Shown one piece after another: positions 27,201 to 38,800 of a stretch of DNA of 54,499 nucleotides. Location: positions 1-54,499 of the IMG/VR virus record IMGVR_UViG_3300031951_000212; one strand, 5' to 3'. Made by a program: the position numbers and the translations under genes. Below the pieces are notes generated by a model. That model did not search any database and was not told where the DNA came from. It was given only the letters and a program-made list of their open reading frames with translations. The stretch's first letter is position 1. Every line of letters starts with the position of its first letter. This DNA is from a virus (lineage: Duplodnaviria > Caudoviricetes).

Positions 27201-28797
27201 AAACTATATCTATATTTTCCCATGCAGCAGAATTTGAGTTTACATTAGAATAAACACTTCTTATGTTTGCACTATTATTTCCAACAAAAGTTCTTGATTC
27301 AAGATGGAATGCACTTACATTATTCCAAGTAGAAGTTCCTTGTAATATGTTTGCACTATTGTTTCCAACAAAAGTTCTTGCTCCTAAATCAAATGTGCTT
27401 ACAGAATTCCAATTTGAATATGCGGAATTCCAATTATTACCATTATTAAGTACTTCTGTTGATGCGGTGTTCCAGTTATTACTATTTCCAGATCCACCAT
27501 ATATAACCGGTGCTGTTATTGATGTATTAGAAACTATTGTTCCTGTAACAACAGTATTGTTTGTAACAAACAAATTACGTGTAATTAATTCATTTCCAAC
27601 CACTAATTTTTGACCAATGGTTGCACTAGTATCAATAGTTAAACTAGTAGCACTCTGTTGAATTAATGTGGGGTTAACATTAACAATTGGACCATATGCA
27701 GTTAATGATCCCCTTAAAACCAAGTTACTTGCTATTTCTACTGATCCACTAATATTTAAATTGTTTGTTATAAGACCACCATCTGATTTTAAATATGTTG
27801 TTGGTATAGCTAAAATATCAGCACTGTTGTTTCCAACAAAAGTTCTGGCTCTTAATTCAAATGCGCTGGTAGAATTCCAATGAGAATAGACCGATTGCCA
27901 ATTCGCACTAGTGTTTCTAACAACTGTTCTTGCTGCTAATTCAAAAGAACTGGTTGTGTTCCAAGTAGAATAAACACTATTCCAGTCAATAGAATTACCG
28001 GTTTTATCATATATTACACTATTAGATGAAATATTTCCATTAACCGTTAATACTTCATTTGGTGTACTAGTTCTTACACCAACACCATCTAAAACAAAAA
28101 CATTACTAGCTGTTAATGCTCCACTAGCACTAACATTTCCAGATAAAGTCAAATCTGCTCTGACATCATTTGTTTTAATTGAAACATTTCCAAATGAATC
28201 CACCACAAATGGACTAGAATCATTATGTTCATCTGAAATTTTTAAAGCATAGCCATTTCCATTTTGGACTATAAACAACGCACCATCTCCATTAAAAGAC
28301 GATATTGTTATATTATTTGTTGTAAAAATATTTCTAGCACTTAATGTATTACTAGTAGAAAGATTGTTTATATACGTGTATGCATTTTGATCTATGTAAT
28401 ATGCTGTTAATACTCGTATTGCTGATATACTAGATATGCTTCTAACAAAAACAAAATTATCTTTTATTTCATCATACGAAAATTTAAATCCACTCAATCC
28501 CGTTAAAGCTAAATTTTCACTAAACGAAGATTCTCCTATAAAAAATTCTGGTTTGTCGTTGTTGTTTTCCGGATTAACTATCATGGTTATGTAACCAGAA
28601 GTTAATGATTTTGTTAATAAATTAGAAGAAGCACCATAAACCCAAGTTGCATAATCCTGTATTTTGGTATAATCAATAATATCTTGTGAATTTGTTTTTC
28701 TAGTAACACCATCTTGTTGTATTGGAAATATTTCACTTCCATTGTATACTTGTGCAACTGGTAGTTCTACTATTAATCTTGTTCTGATTTCAGCCAT
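24289..28797 (-). CDS. Long tail fibre with 28-aa Trp/Asn repeats and C-terminal RCC1-like propeller
   Basis: Multiple GYNxYGQLG.G RCC1 repeats; GKVGIG...PTEKLHVVGN fibre repeats; RTFVGNNSAN repeats. Confidence 0.85.
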   Translation of the reverse strand: MAEIRTRLIVELPVAQVYNGSEIFPIQQDGVTRKTNSQDIIDYTKIQDYATWVYGASSNLLTKSLTSGYITMIVNPENNNDKPEFFIGESSFSENLALTGLSGFKFSYDEIKDNFVFVRSISSISAIRVLTAYYIDQNAYTYINNLSTSNTLSARNIFTTNNITISSFNGDGALFIVQNGNGYALKISDEHNDSSPFVVDSFGNVSIKTNDVRADLTLSGNVSASGALTASNVFVLDGVGVRTSTPNEVLTVNGNISSNSVIYDKTGNSIDWNSVYSTWNTTSSFELAARTVVRNTSANWQSVYSHWNSTSAFELRARTFVGNNSADILAIPTTYLKSDGGLITNNLNISGSVEIASNLVLRGSLTAYGPIVNVNPTLIQQSATSLTIDTSATIGQKLVVGNELITRNLFVTNNTVVTGTIVSNTSITAPVIYGGSGNSNNWNTASTEVLNNGNNWNSAYSNWNSVSTFDLGARTFVGNNSANILQGTSTWNNVSAFHLESRTFVGNNSANIRSVYSNVNSNSAAWENIDIVYPDWVTHGNILKSAATFTGNNSANQLSIFSTTRTNSANWGTGGSAGTIYSINSGTYLTNLSGDARYVRINNFPSLEYVPLSGGTMTGPLTVNDVIYINYAGRTGNSTEWDDASDYFSLCAQRLSEGVTFIFVNSGNLIPTRIRELSSNWNSVFSTVCATSASARGTVNLTTGQTTVNVDKYRVGALDVFLNGVKLVNGTDFTATNGSTIVLAEAAKNNSYVLDYVSYGVFNVPNAVLKTGDTMSGTLTVPELIVTNKQVDANITGNTSGVHVGNVNGFGNNFVRTGSLSSFYLKVSGGAFIDIPSAGTLDAIKISNAGTGNSIYIEDAANDTTPTVVDNAGRIINGYVSAYSVANAGTNFEHLQVTVGGYSPLVLGTYSNNAAHSPDLRFLKSRGAVVENNTIVANGDNLGAIRWYGSDGVDSNNESAAIIAQVDDVPAVDSIPSRLLFTTTPAAGTAPTEKMRITDDGKVGIGSTAPTEKLHVVGNTRITSGSLSVSGNISGQVFYGDGSGLTNIDGDKAFLRFPEFDNYVGNGSLYRTTSFISKTNKLWVAGYCEGGTRLGLGDVNYADQGYHQVIAIGLLPGEFIVKHYFQRYSQYLLTNLGNLYSTGYNAYGQLGLGDTSNRNIFERITGVTNVTHFSCENGNDGAAFCTAVSDGKLYAWGYNGQYRFGTNDNLQRNAPQLITLGSIASKTIVKAYAIGDTYTSYGYIAAIDSNKNIHFCGSNGGGQFGLATGDYTTRTTFVQHPTMLVEKYLAGMYNSSAAAFILSPNGKFYTAGYNSYGQLGNGTTGGYRTTFEEVVFTGRTVKDFAVNDYHGGSVAVILDNNTVRTFGYNNQGQLGNGNTNNTGIPQNPGLSNIVKVLGCDNAYAFFVALDSFGDLYVSGYSGYGQKGIGTTAQNNSFSKVIKPADLKFVDFTCWGWYSGTGWTAADQYGDLWSCGYNGQWTTAKRHVNNSTSYVVTRCNVNI

Positions 28798-28809
28798 TTT
28801 TTATATTTA

Positions 28810-29226
28810 TTATTTGGGTTCAACAATAAGCCATGCTACCGTACTTCTGTCGGCAGTTTGAGTTGATTGTATTGTGAAAGTATTAGTTATTAAATTTTTA
28901 GAAGATATATATAGGTATCCAACTGTACCAAATATAGCTTGATGAGACAAGAAGATGAGAGAATCTTGGGTTAACGTTGGTGTTGCGGTTTTTACTGATG
29001 CCGTACCACCAGTTCCAAGTGTTGCAGAACCAACAAAAGAACCACTCAAAACATGAAATGCTGACATTGTAATAGAACCACTTGCACTCAAAGAACCATT
29101 TAAGAAAAAACTTCCTTGAAATGGTGCGGTTGGGCTTGCAATTGGATCGTGTCCAGCATCTGGGTTGTTCACGTCAACATTCGTGTGATGATTTTTTCTG
29201 TGAAATTTTGAATGGAACCTGTTCAT
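28810..29226 (-). CDS. Short fibre-like virion protein with His-rich N-terminus
   Basis: MNRFHSKFHRKNHHT; C-terminal ATL..G...SLIFL...FTIQS...DRSTVAWLIVEP fibre-tip-like domain. Confidence 0.7.
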   Translation of the reverse strand: MNRFHSKFHRKNHHTNVDVNNPDAGHDPIASPTAPFQGSFFLNGSLSASGSITMSAFHVLSGSFVGSATLGTGGTASVKTATPTLTQDSLIFLSHQAIFGTVGYLYISSKNLITNTFTIQSTQTADRSTVAWLIVEPK

Positions 29227-29265
29227 TATTGAAATATTTATTCTTTATTAATATTTAATACAATA

Positions 29266-32200
29266 TTACGTTTTATAAAGAGGATTTATTGTTGCGTTAA
29301 AATCATCACAACATTGACTAGATGCCGCCCCCCAAAGTGTTGTTGTTGCATATTTTATTGGAAAATTTTCTTCTAATTCCGAATAGGTTATCGGGTTGAT
29401 ATTGCATATTCTTATAACCGGTAAACTTAAATTGTAACAAGACATTGCTTTCCATGACCAACAGAACGGAGAAAAACATCCTTTGTTGATTCCAGATTGT
29501 ACTCTAACGTCAGAAACTGTTAAGTAGTCTCTTAATAAATCCAATGCATCGTATATTTTTTTAAATTCTCTGTTTAAAACTTGAGGTATGTGAAACTCAT
29601 TTACAGCAATACCAATATCTTCGTCTTCTATGTAATCAGAGAAAGTTGGTCTATCTTCAGTTGAAATTGGTGTTAATGTGAAATATGAAACAATTCCAGC
29701 TGGTAGTTGTTCAGTTACAACCACAAATTTAGAATCTATTATATCTCTATAGTTTTTGATGTTTTGAACGAGTCTTAATAAAGATCTATTATAATTAATA
29801 TCTTCTGCGAATTCTTCCCTGTTTAATTTTAACTGGTCTAGTGTCCAGAAATTTTGTTCTAAACCATCACCAACCCTAAACAACTCAACAATATCTTGTA
29901 TTTTTAATATACTGTTTTGTGTGGAAATTAATAAAGATCTAAAGTTTGATTTTTGTATATCAGTATATGTTAAATTTGCTGAACTTGGTATATCAACATT
30001 TCCAACAAAAATTCCAGCTGCTGAATACTTGTAAATTCCTTTTTTTGTAAGAACATATATGAAATCACCAACTTCATCAAAAGATATTTTTAATAATTCC
30101 GAATTATCATTTGTTTCATACAACTCTATAACTTGGAAATAATCATATGAAAATTGGTCAAAAACGTATATTCTGTTATTTTTCGTTAAGACATAAACAA
30201 AAGATATGTTTTTATCTGGATGAACAACCACACTTTCCGGTTGATATGTTTCAAAATCAACAGTATAATAAGTATGCGCCCAATTTAAATCACTTGTGAA
30301 TTGTTTTACACATTTATTACCATAATCTAAAACATAGACAAAATCATTTGAGTATGTTATATCAACTGGAGAATTAAATTTATTTGGCTCATCTTTTGAT
30401 CCAAAACTTCCTATATTAAGTTGAATGTTTATTTGTGGCACATAAGACAAATCTAAATTAAATTTATAAACTTTATTTCTTAATGTATCTGTCACATAAA
30501 CATAATGTCCAGTATCATCAGTAAATGAATCCATTGAAATAGGATTAGGTATTAATGGTGAAACATCGTTCCAATTTTCAAAAGTCAATTCAAATGGAAT
30601 CTTACCAGCTGAAAATGCTCTTATCTTGGTTCCATCTATTACCAAAAAATGACCATCTACTTCTGAAATAGATTTTATATTTTTAAAACTATTTGTAGGA
30701 TTTGATGTTGCAAGATCTGGTTTATTCCATTCTAAAAAACCATAATCTCTAGTGTTCCACTGAATTCCTCTAGCCGTATTGGATGATTCGCATCCCAACC
30801 AACCGTAAAACAATGTTGGTGATGTTGATTTAATTGTTTGCGAATTAAATCTTAAATATTCAAAATTAGAATGTAATCTTTCAATTGCAGTATTGAATAT
30901 GTCAACATCCCCAAATTCATTTGGCTGAATATTTATTTGTTCTAAATTGTACGTATTTTCTGATTCGTTTCCGAATGAAAGAATTGTGTCATTAAGTAAT
31001 CTAATCTTTCTTTGATCATATTTTGGCCATTCTTGATATATTGTTATTGGTGCTTCTAATGACAAATTTTTAACTTGACCTGTATTATACGTTACTTCAA
31101 AAGAAATATTGTAAACACCTGGAGTAGTATAAGAATATTGAATAGTTGATGACGCATCCGAATATATCGAAACTCCACTATTTTCACCAAAATTTGTTTT
31201 ATATGTTGATATATAAATGTTTTGTGTGTTTTCCGGTGTTTCGTATTGCACAAAAATTGTTTGTCCAGTAGTTGCATAATAAGTAGATAGAAAAACTTCT
31301 GGCATTACAGATGTACTATATGCTACTAAAGAAACTGGTCCAGCTGTAACGGTTTGGTTTAATAATTTCCAGAGTTCTCTTTCTCCACTATAAAATTCAA
31401 TAATTGTATCAAATGGGTGTTCAACTGCACTACCAGCATTGTATAAATTATAAACATCTGCTGATTTCAAACCTCTTGACCATATTCCCATAGCATCCAA
31501 TGAAACTGGTTTATCAAGACCGTTAATTCGGAAAGGATAACCATTTGATGTTTTAATATAATCAATCAATGCATCAGATAAAAATATTTCATCTGCTATT
31601 AATTTATTGTTTATGTAAACACTTAAAAATTTATTTGTTGCTGAAAAAACAACATGGTTCCATTTGTTTTTTGTTACAAATGGACCATTATATATAACAG
31701 CTTGGTTATATTTTGGTGAATTATCATACAATATTAATGGTGCGGTGCTTATTGTTATACCACTCATTGGATCGACAGATGAACCGTCTGATGATTTTGT
31801 TATGAAATTATTTCTTCTGCTAGTAGTTGGTTCTATTTCTAATTTTTCCCAATATGAAATTGTCCAATCTGCACCAAAATCAAATCCGCTTGTCTGTAAG
31901 TAAACACCGCTTACAGCAGATAATGAATTACCTATTAATCCAATTGCGCTCAAAGGTAAAGAACTAACTTCCGGTAAAGATGTTACCTTCAAGTTAAACC
32001 CATTTCCTGTTGCATCAAATCTTGTTCCCGATAATTCATTAAATTTCCAGAAAGCAACTAAGTTTGCTGTTAACGGTTGTGTTGGATATAAATCAAATGT
32101 TTGTGGCGGAATCCACATTGCCATATTACCAGAAACAGACAAATTCAAATTATTCATCTTGTATTTGGTTACATTTAAAGGAACTGCTGGATCACCGGTA

Positions 32201-35200
32201 CTTAATATAAATAAATCATATGTCCCCTTTAATGCTGGTACATATTGATATGTTTTCCAATATGCAGACGAAAGTGTGTATATGAGATATAAACCAGATA
32301 ATATACTTTGTAAATGCTGAGTTGGTTGTGCGCTCAAATCTTTACCACCATCACCAACAAAATATTGATCAACCGTTAATATTCTGTTTTCATCCAAATC
32401 AATACCAGTTAATGCTGAACTAAACATCACGTTTATAGTATCGTATGGTTTTAAATAAGGAGATTGTGTAAATTTAGCAGTTACATTTTTATTTAAAGTT
32501 GAACCATATGGAACAGTTGCTGCTGTGATTGGAAACTGTCTTGTAACAAAATCAAATGGAACAGTTGTTGTATATGTTAACCCATTATATTCTGGGTATT
32601 TTGGACCTGTTGCTAATATGTTTATTTTGAGTCCTGTTTTTTGATAAAACTCACTCCTATATGGAAATTCTATAAATCCTAATTTAGATGAAAGTTGACC
32701 AGCGTATGTTTTTTCTGCGCCAACATAAACATTATAATTGTCTATACCGGTTGTTTTTGTTGCAGAGATATAAAAACCTTGTGTTTCCGATTTTTTGTTT
32801 CTATATGCAGTTGGTCCCTGTGCTAATGTATAATTATATTCATCGAGTAATTTAAGATACATTCCACTTAAACCCCATGTGTAAGGAGGGAAGACAATAA
32901 ATTCTAATTTTTTATTAAATTCATTGTATTCTTCTGTGAAAATTGTGAATTTAGTTTCTGTGTTTTGTGGAACAGACCAATTTGGAACTGTTGCACCCAA
33001 TGCACATAAGCTTATTGTTGTTGTTCTTATTGACGGGTTTACTATTTCATAAGTAAAAATAGCTATATCTGAAAACTTTGTAGATGATAACGTTTTTGTA
33101 GTACCATTATCGGAAACAGCTTTCCAACAAAAACTTTTTGCTTTAATTTTTGGTAAAACATCAGTGTTTGCAAAAAATTTAAAATAATTTGTGTCACTAT
33201 TTGGTCTTGTTAAAACATATTGTCCATTTCTAGTGTTTGAAATTTCGTTTGTGTTTGGAAATACATTGTATAACACACTAAAATCTGTATTAAAAACATT
33301 TATGCTTGGTGTTGACTCGTATATAAAATTATAAACACCAGATATTGGAGGACTTACTACATTAGAATATGCATAAACACTAATTAAATGTTTTAAAGGT
33401 GTTCCCTTGTTGTTGGCGTTATTTGGATCTATTAAATTTCCAATGTTTAAGTTTAATGCACTCAGGTTAAATGCAAAATTTTTCTCACCAAATTTATAAT
33501 CTCTGTTATTAATGTATTTTGCAGTTATTGGTATTGTTTTTGAATTATTTAAATTATCATAAGACCATGTCCAATATATTGGTAAAGTAGCTGGTAATGT
33601 ATATTTTACACCTTTAAAGTTTATTGCTGCTGATAACTGAATAGATTTTGAATTTTGGAGATTTAAAATAGATTTTGATAAATCTAATGAGAATTTTTTA
33701 TCAGAATAAACATTAAACAAAGTTTCGTCTGTTTGATAGTATGTTATTTGATCATACTTTTGAGATGATATAGAAACAGTTATATTATTAGGACCATATC
33801 CAGATACTCTTACTGTAGATGTTCTACTGTCAAGTTTAACAGCACTGTTGGGAATTATTCTTTGTAGAAATCTATTATTTGAATCTATAGCACTTATAAA
33901 ACAATTGTTTACTTCTGGTGTAAAATTCCAATTAATTAAACTGTTTGTTAAATCTTTATATGGGTATATGTTTATATTGTTTAAATGACTAACAGTTAAA
34001 TCTACAAAATTCTGTTCTTCATTCAATCTTTTTAAAAAGATGTTTCCAATCGGTTGTTGTCTATATCCATTTGCAAAATTAAATTTAACAACACTGAAAG
34101 AATCTATTGTGTTTCCTATGGATGTACTAAGAGAAGGTCTTAGTATTAAATCAATTTCTCCAAATTCGTTATTATACAAAATTTTAAAATTACCAGCTGA
34201 ATTTGCTGGAATCCATGGTGTAACATGTAAATTGTATGTATAATATGTTTTGTCATCTGGACTATAAAAACATGAAAATGTTGATAATAAACTTGAAAAG
34301 TAAGATACATCATCCACTGTTGTTTTTATAGGAATTAATTTAAAAACATCTTTTTCCGCATATGTTGATAAATCTAAAGATAAGGTGTTATAATCTGCAC
34401 ATAATTTGTTTAAAAACTTTGCAGAAAAAGTGTCTAATTCTGTAATAGCAGAAGACAAATAAAAATTTAAATTATTAGTTTCTGATTTTAAAGCATAACC
34501 TAAATCTGGTGAATCAAATGATAATATATAAGAATAATAATGTGGTGGGTATTCGGTATACCAACTAGTTTTAGTTGTATTAAAATCAGAAACAGGGGCT
34601 ATCAAAGAACTTAAAGATTGAACTGATTTGTTTGTTGTATCAATTAAAATTGAATTTACAGTATTGTGTACAGCATCGTTTAAAAGAAATGGATTATTGC
34701 AAATGTATCTTAATGAGAGATTAGATCCAGGTACACCAGAAACTAATGGTACTATGTTACCGCTTCTGTCATATGTTATGAAATTATAATATTTAAATGA
34801 TGATGTTGTAGTGTTTATATCACAACTCAATATACTGTTTTGAGTTGATTGTAACGGAAGATTAATGTTTACAGTACTTTGGACTAATTGCAAAGTTAAA
34901 TTAGATTTATCTTTATTTTTTAGAATATAACTACTACCAAATCCATTGTTGTTATCATATTCTTCCATGAAAAGATGCGCTAATCTAATATTTTCCCCAT
35001 TGATCAATTCATTTGGAGAAAACATAACATCATACGCAACCATAATTGTATCAGGTCTTATGAAGCTGTTATTTTTACCCAATACCGTGTTATATTTTAT
35101 TGGATTATAATAAGAAGTTGTGTTTGTTTTTGGTGTAAAATATATAACATTTTTTTTCGAAAATTGATCATTTCCACTTATCGAATAATATAAATTTACA

Positions 35201-35796
35201 TTTTGAGGAACACTTAAAAAGTTTTGTTTGTTTGATTTGTTTTCATAATGTTTTTTGAATGCTTGTCTTTCAGCATCATATGATAAAAAATTAAAATTAC
35301 AAGAACTTACTAAAACAGCAGATGTTACAAGCTCATAATTATTTGAACTTATTTTTCTGGCACTTATTGGTCTTAAAAATAATTTATGTGGATATAATAA
35401 ATAAGAAAAATTTATTGTTTCACTTGTATTTGTTTCTTCTAACTCGTTTATATCTTCAGAAACTATGTTTTTCTCTAGAGTAAAGTAATTAAAAAAATCG
35501 CCAGTGTTGTCTAGTCTTAATGAAGAAAGATTAAACACAAATCTTGAATTTTCATTAAAACTTAAAACTGTTCTCTGTAAGGCACTATCATAAGAATAAT
35601 TAGAATTAATGAATTCATATGTGTTTTTAATTGACTGACTATCAACTTCATTACTTGGTTCATTAAAATATTTAAATTTATTTTCTGCAAATAAATTTTC
35701 TAAATTAGGATCGATTATATCGAAATCCATTTTTACATTATAAACTTCATTTGGCCAATTGCCGCTTGGAGAAATTATAAAAGATTCTTGTGCCAT
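29266..35796 (-). CDS. Giant virion protein (2176 aa) with LamG, PKD and NHL-repeat domains
   Basis: LVAFWKFNE..G.RFDATGNG...WNHVV...WSRGL (LamG); YSYTTPGVYNISF (PKD); IGSFGS...KFNSPVDI...VYVLDYGNKCVKQF (NHL). Confidence 0.8.
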   Translation of the reverse strand: MAQESFIISPSGNWPNEVYNVKMDFDIIDPNLENLFAENKFKYFNEPSNEVDSQSIKNTYEFINSNYSYDSALQRTVLSFNENSRFVFNLSSLRLDNTGDFFNYFTLEKNIVSEDINELEETNTSETINFSYLLYPHKLFLRPISARKISSNNYELVTSAVLVSSCNFNFLSYDAERQAFKKHYENKSNKQNFLSVPQNVNLYYSISGNDQFSKKNVIYFTPKTNTTSYYNPIKYNTVLGKNNSFIRPDTIMVAYDVMFSPNELINGENIRLAHLFMEEYDNNNGFGSSYILKNKDKSNLTLQLVQSTVNINLPLQSTQNSILSCDINTTTSSFKYYNFITYDRSGNIVPLVSGVPGSNLSLRYICNNPFLLNDAVHNTVNSILIDTTNKSVQSLSSLIAPVSDFNTTKTSWYTEYPPHYYSYILSFDSPDLGYALKSETNNLNFYLSSAITELDTFSAKFLNKLCADYNTLSLDLSTYAEKDVFKLIPIKTTVDDVSYFSSLLSTFSCFYSPDDKTYYTYNLHVTPWIPANSAGNFKILYNNEFGEIDLILRPSLSTSIGNTIDSFSVVKFNFANGYRQQPIGNIFLKRLNEEQNFVDLTVSHLNNINIYPYKDLTNSLINWNFTPEVNNCFISAIDSNNRFLQRIIPNSAVKLDSRTSTVRVSGYGPNNITVSISSQKYDQITYYQTDETLFNVYSDKKFSLDLSKSILNLQNSKSIQLSAAINFKGVKYTLPATLPIYWTWSYDNLNNSKTIPITAKYINNRDYKFGEKNFAFNLSALNLNIGNLIDPNNANNKGTPLKHLISVYAYSNVVSPPISGVYNFIYESTPSINVFNTDFSVLYNVFPNTNEISNTRNGQYVLTRPNSDTNYFKFFANTDVLPKIKAKSFCWKAVSDNGTTKTLSSTKFSDIAIFTYEIVNPSIRTTTISLCALGATVPNWSVPQNTETKFTIFTEEYNEFNKKLEFIVFPPYTWGLSGMYLKLLDEYNYTLAQGPTAYRNKKSETQGFYISATKTTGIDNYNVYVGAEKTYAGQLSSKLGFIEFPYRSEFYQKTGLKINILATGPKYPEYNGLTYTTTVPFDFVTRQFPITAATVPYGSTLNKNVTAKFTQSPYLKPYDTINVMFSSALTGIDLDENRILTVDQYFVGDGGKDLSAQPTQHLQSILSGLYLIYTLSSAYWKTYQYVPALKGTYDLFILSTGDPAVPLNVTKYKMNNLNLSVSGNMAMWIPPQTFDLYPTQPLTANLVAFWKFNELSGTRFDATGNGFNLKVTSLPEVSSLPLSAIGLIGNSLSAVSGVYLQTSGFDFGADWTISYWEKLEIEPTTSRRNNFITKSSDGSSVDPMSGITISTAPLILYDNSPKYNQAVIYNGPFVTKNKWNHVVFSATNKFLSVYINNKLIADEIFLSDALIDYIKTSNGYPFRINGLDKPVSLDAMGIWSRGLKSADVYNLYNAGSAVEHPFDTIIEFYSGERELWKLLNQTVTAGPVSLVAYSTSVMPEVFLSTYYATTGQTIFVQYETPENTQNIYISTYKTNFGENSGVSIYSDASSTIQYSYTTPGVYNISFEVTYNTGQVKNLSLEAPITIYQEWPKYDQRKIRLLNDTILSFGNESENTYNLEQINIQPNEFGDVDIFNTAIERLHSNFEYLRFNSQTIKSTSPTLFYGWLGCESSNTARGIQWNTRDYGFLEWNKPDLATSNPTNSFKNIKSISEVDGHFLVIDGTKIRAFSAGKIPFELTFENWNDVSPLIPNPISMDSFTDDTGHYVYVTDTLRNKVYKFNLDLSYVPQINIQLNIGSFGSKDEPNKFNSPVDITYSNDFVYVLDYGNKCVKQFTSDLNWAHTYYTVDFETYQPESVVVHPDKNISFVYVLTKNNRIYVFDQFSYDYFQVIELYETNDNSELLKISFDEVGDFIYVLTKKGIYKYSAAGIFVGNVDIPSSANLTYTDIQKSNFRSLLISTQNSILKIQDIVELFRVGDGLEQNFWTLDQLKLNREEFAEDINYNRSLLRLVQNIKNYRDIIDSKFVVVTEQLPAGIVSYFTLTPISTEDRPTFSDYIEDEDIGIAVNEFHIPQVLNREFKKIYDALDLLRDYLTVSDVRVQSGINKGCFSPFCWSWKAMSCYNLSLPVIRICNINPITYSELEENFPIKYATTTLWGAASSQCCDDFNATINPLYKT

Positions 35797-35832
35797 TTGT
35801 TTACGTTAATATTTAGATGTAAAACCTCTGTT

Positions 35833-38800
35833 TCAATCATTATCCAGTAAATTTAATCCTCTGTATAATTCGTAATTAAATAATGTTTCCAACATACCTT
35901 CATCGCCTGACCAAATTTTATTAGATGAAACATTATAATTTAATGATGTATTTGAATTGTTCCAATCTATTATTCCTTCTAACTGGGAGTTTGGGGTACT
36001 TGGTACAAATTCAAAAAATTCATAATAATTTTTCCAATCAGATTCAAGTTTTATAAAATCAGCTAATACACTTATATTATAAGTTGAAAGAGAATTAATA
36101 ACACCGGTGTTAATTAAATTATATTTATTTAAAGATTTTATTTTTAATACAACTGGTGTTCCCGCCGAAACAACGTATGTATTTGAATTTAATAAATTTC
36201 CTCTATTTAAATTACCTGTTGTTTCATAATCAATAAAACTATTTGTTGTTTTGTCAAAAGTTCCCCAAAGTTTAGTTTTATTAATACTTGCCAAATCCAT
36301 TAATCTTTTAATTAATAATGGATAATTCAATCTATAATCATCTGTATTTAAATCAATAGATTCTGCTAAATCGTATAATGAATTTATTGTGCAAACATCT
36401 ATATCTTTTTGATTTCTTAAAAAATTTGAAATTTTCTCATAAGACATGACACCTAAATCATCTTGTGATTCTTTTCCAAAGATTGATGTTAAAAAGTTAT
36501 TAAACAAATTAGAACTTTCACGTAAGGAAGGAATAAATGAAACAGATTTGATTTGTTCTGCTAAATCATGATTTTCATTTATTTTGAAAAAAATAAATGG
36601 ATTTTTTTCATAAAAATCAAGTTTTCTTGATTCTCCAGTTATTTGTTTTGTATATGTATTAGTTTGAAAATATTTGTTATTCCAACGCCAACCAGTCCAA
36701 TCTCCGGTTACTTTCATTTCACTTATCCAAGGATGATACTCCATCAGAGTTGGTGCTGATTTATTTAATAAAATTCCTAAGAAGTAATCAATATCTAAAA
36801 TATTTTCTTGGGTGGATGGGTAAAAATTAAATCCTTTTGGATTTACATAAAAATTATCTATAATTGTTTTTTTGTTTATGTCAAAAATTACTATTTTGTT
36901 TTCTAAAGAATTTATAACAAAAATATTACTTTTACCATCAAACGCAATCCCCTTTAATGCTGTATCTTCTATATTTCCCAATACATCAATATAAATTGGT
37001 TCTGATGCAACTTTAGTTCCAGATGTTTTGATATACTCAGTTGGTGTTATCCCTAACTCAACTTGAGCACCCCAAGCATTTAAACCTACACTTTTTACTC
37101 CTGTTAATTCAAAGGAAGATGTTCCATAATATGTAGATGATATACCATCATGCAAAGAAATTATAAAATTAGAATTGTTTGTTGTGTTTCCAGAAATATA
37201 GCATCTATACCATCCTTCATCTGCTTCTACTAATCCAGCAGAGCCATTTTTAATAGAATATGTTTTTGCAGTAAGATCAAATACAGTAGATGCATATATT
37301 CCATTATTTCCAGATAATGACAATTGTGCATGTGCTCTATTTTCTGGCTTTAAATATATTGATGCAACCTGATTGCCACTAATATAAAAACTATTACTTG
37401 TAAGATTATATTCTGATAAATTATTATTATTTTCAACTATATAAGAACCGGTGTTTGTATAATCTGGAGCAATTTCTGCATTTTTAACAACAATAACATT
37501 TTGTTTTGTCCAATATGAATTTTCAAAATTTTGTGACCAATTTAATACGTTTTCATAAGAATTTTTATATAAATAATTTTTTGTATCAACCCAATTTGGT
37601 ATATTTGAATATATATCATTCAATGGAATTTTATATGATTTAAATGTATCATTTTCAATACAACCAATATATTGATAACTAAACGTAAACCAAGGATTTT
37701 GATTAACATCAATTGTTAAATAATTTAATCCATTAAAAGGACCGAATGTACTTAAAACAACACCGTTTGTGTTTCTTTTTTGTAAAAAATTTGAATTTCT
37801 ATATACATTATTTGATAATGCAATCCAAACGTTGTCGTTTTTATCACACAAAATTTCTTGTGGTGATGTGCAAAGAGGAAAATAAATTGAACTTAAAACA
37901 ATTCCATTTGAAGATACTTTCGACACATAACTACTAAATGGGTTTGAAAATGTTATCCATGCATTATTTTTTGTATCAGTATCTACGCCGGTTGGGTTTA
38001 TAAAATTTTGAAAATATGTTATACTATCGGAAGTTACTTTATAATAAGTGCTATCATACACCCATTCAAACGGAACATCGTATTGTGATTGTTCTAATAA
38101 TGCAGTTGATGGATATGTGTGAGTTAATGGTTCAACAGCAAACAATAAATTTCCACTACTGTCAAACTTTAAAGTTGATGTTGTGTCATGCAAAGTAACC
38201 CAAATGTTTTGATCTCCATCTAATGCACAATAAGCAGGAGATGCAAATTTAACATTCAAAAGTTTTTTAAAATCTATTGAACAAAGAATATTCCCATTTG
38301 TAGAAACTCTATACATTTTATCCAAATCAGAATCAATACACCACGCATGATAATTTGGTAAATTCATTGCAGCAATACACTCTATACCATGAATACCGGT
38401 AATAGCCGTAGCATCAGTGTTAAAATCTGGTTTTGTTAATAATGGCATTTCAAATGATTTTATTACTGCTTTATCTTGATTATTAATAGTTTTATTATTA
38501 AAATATAAACTAGCGGTGTGCGGATTTTTAATATATTGTACCGTGTTTAATAAACCAGATGAGCCATTTGGTATCCATATTGTGGGATTAAATTGGTTCG
38601 CTGATAAATTTGGTAGTTTAAATATCGCAGACGCTGTCAATGATTGATTTAATGCTGAGTTTGAAACATTAAAAAATCCTTTATAATAACCAGCAACTTT
38701 GTATGTTGTGTCATCTATATACTTGAATTCAAAAGGTTTAGGTGAAATATTTGAACTTAAGTTTATAAACCCTACACTTAAAGGAACTGATGCTGTATTA

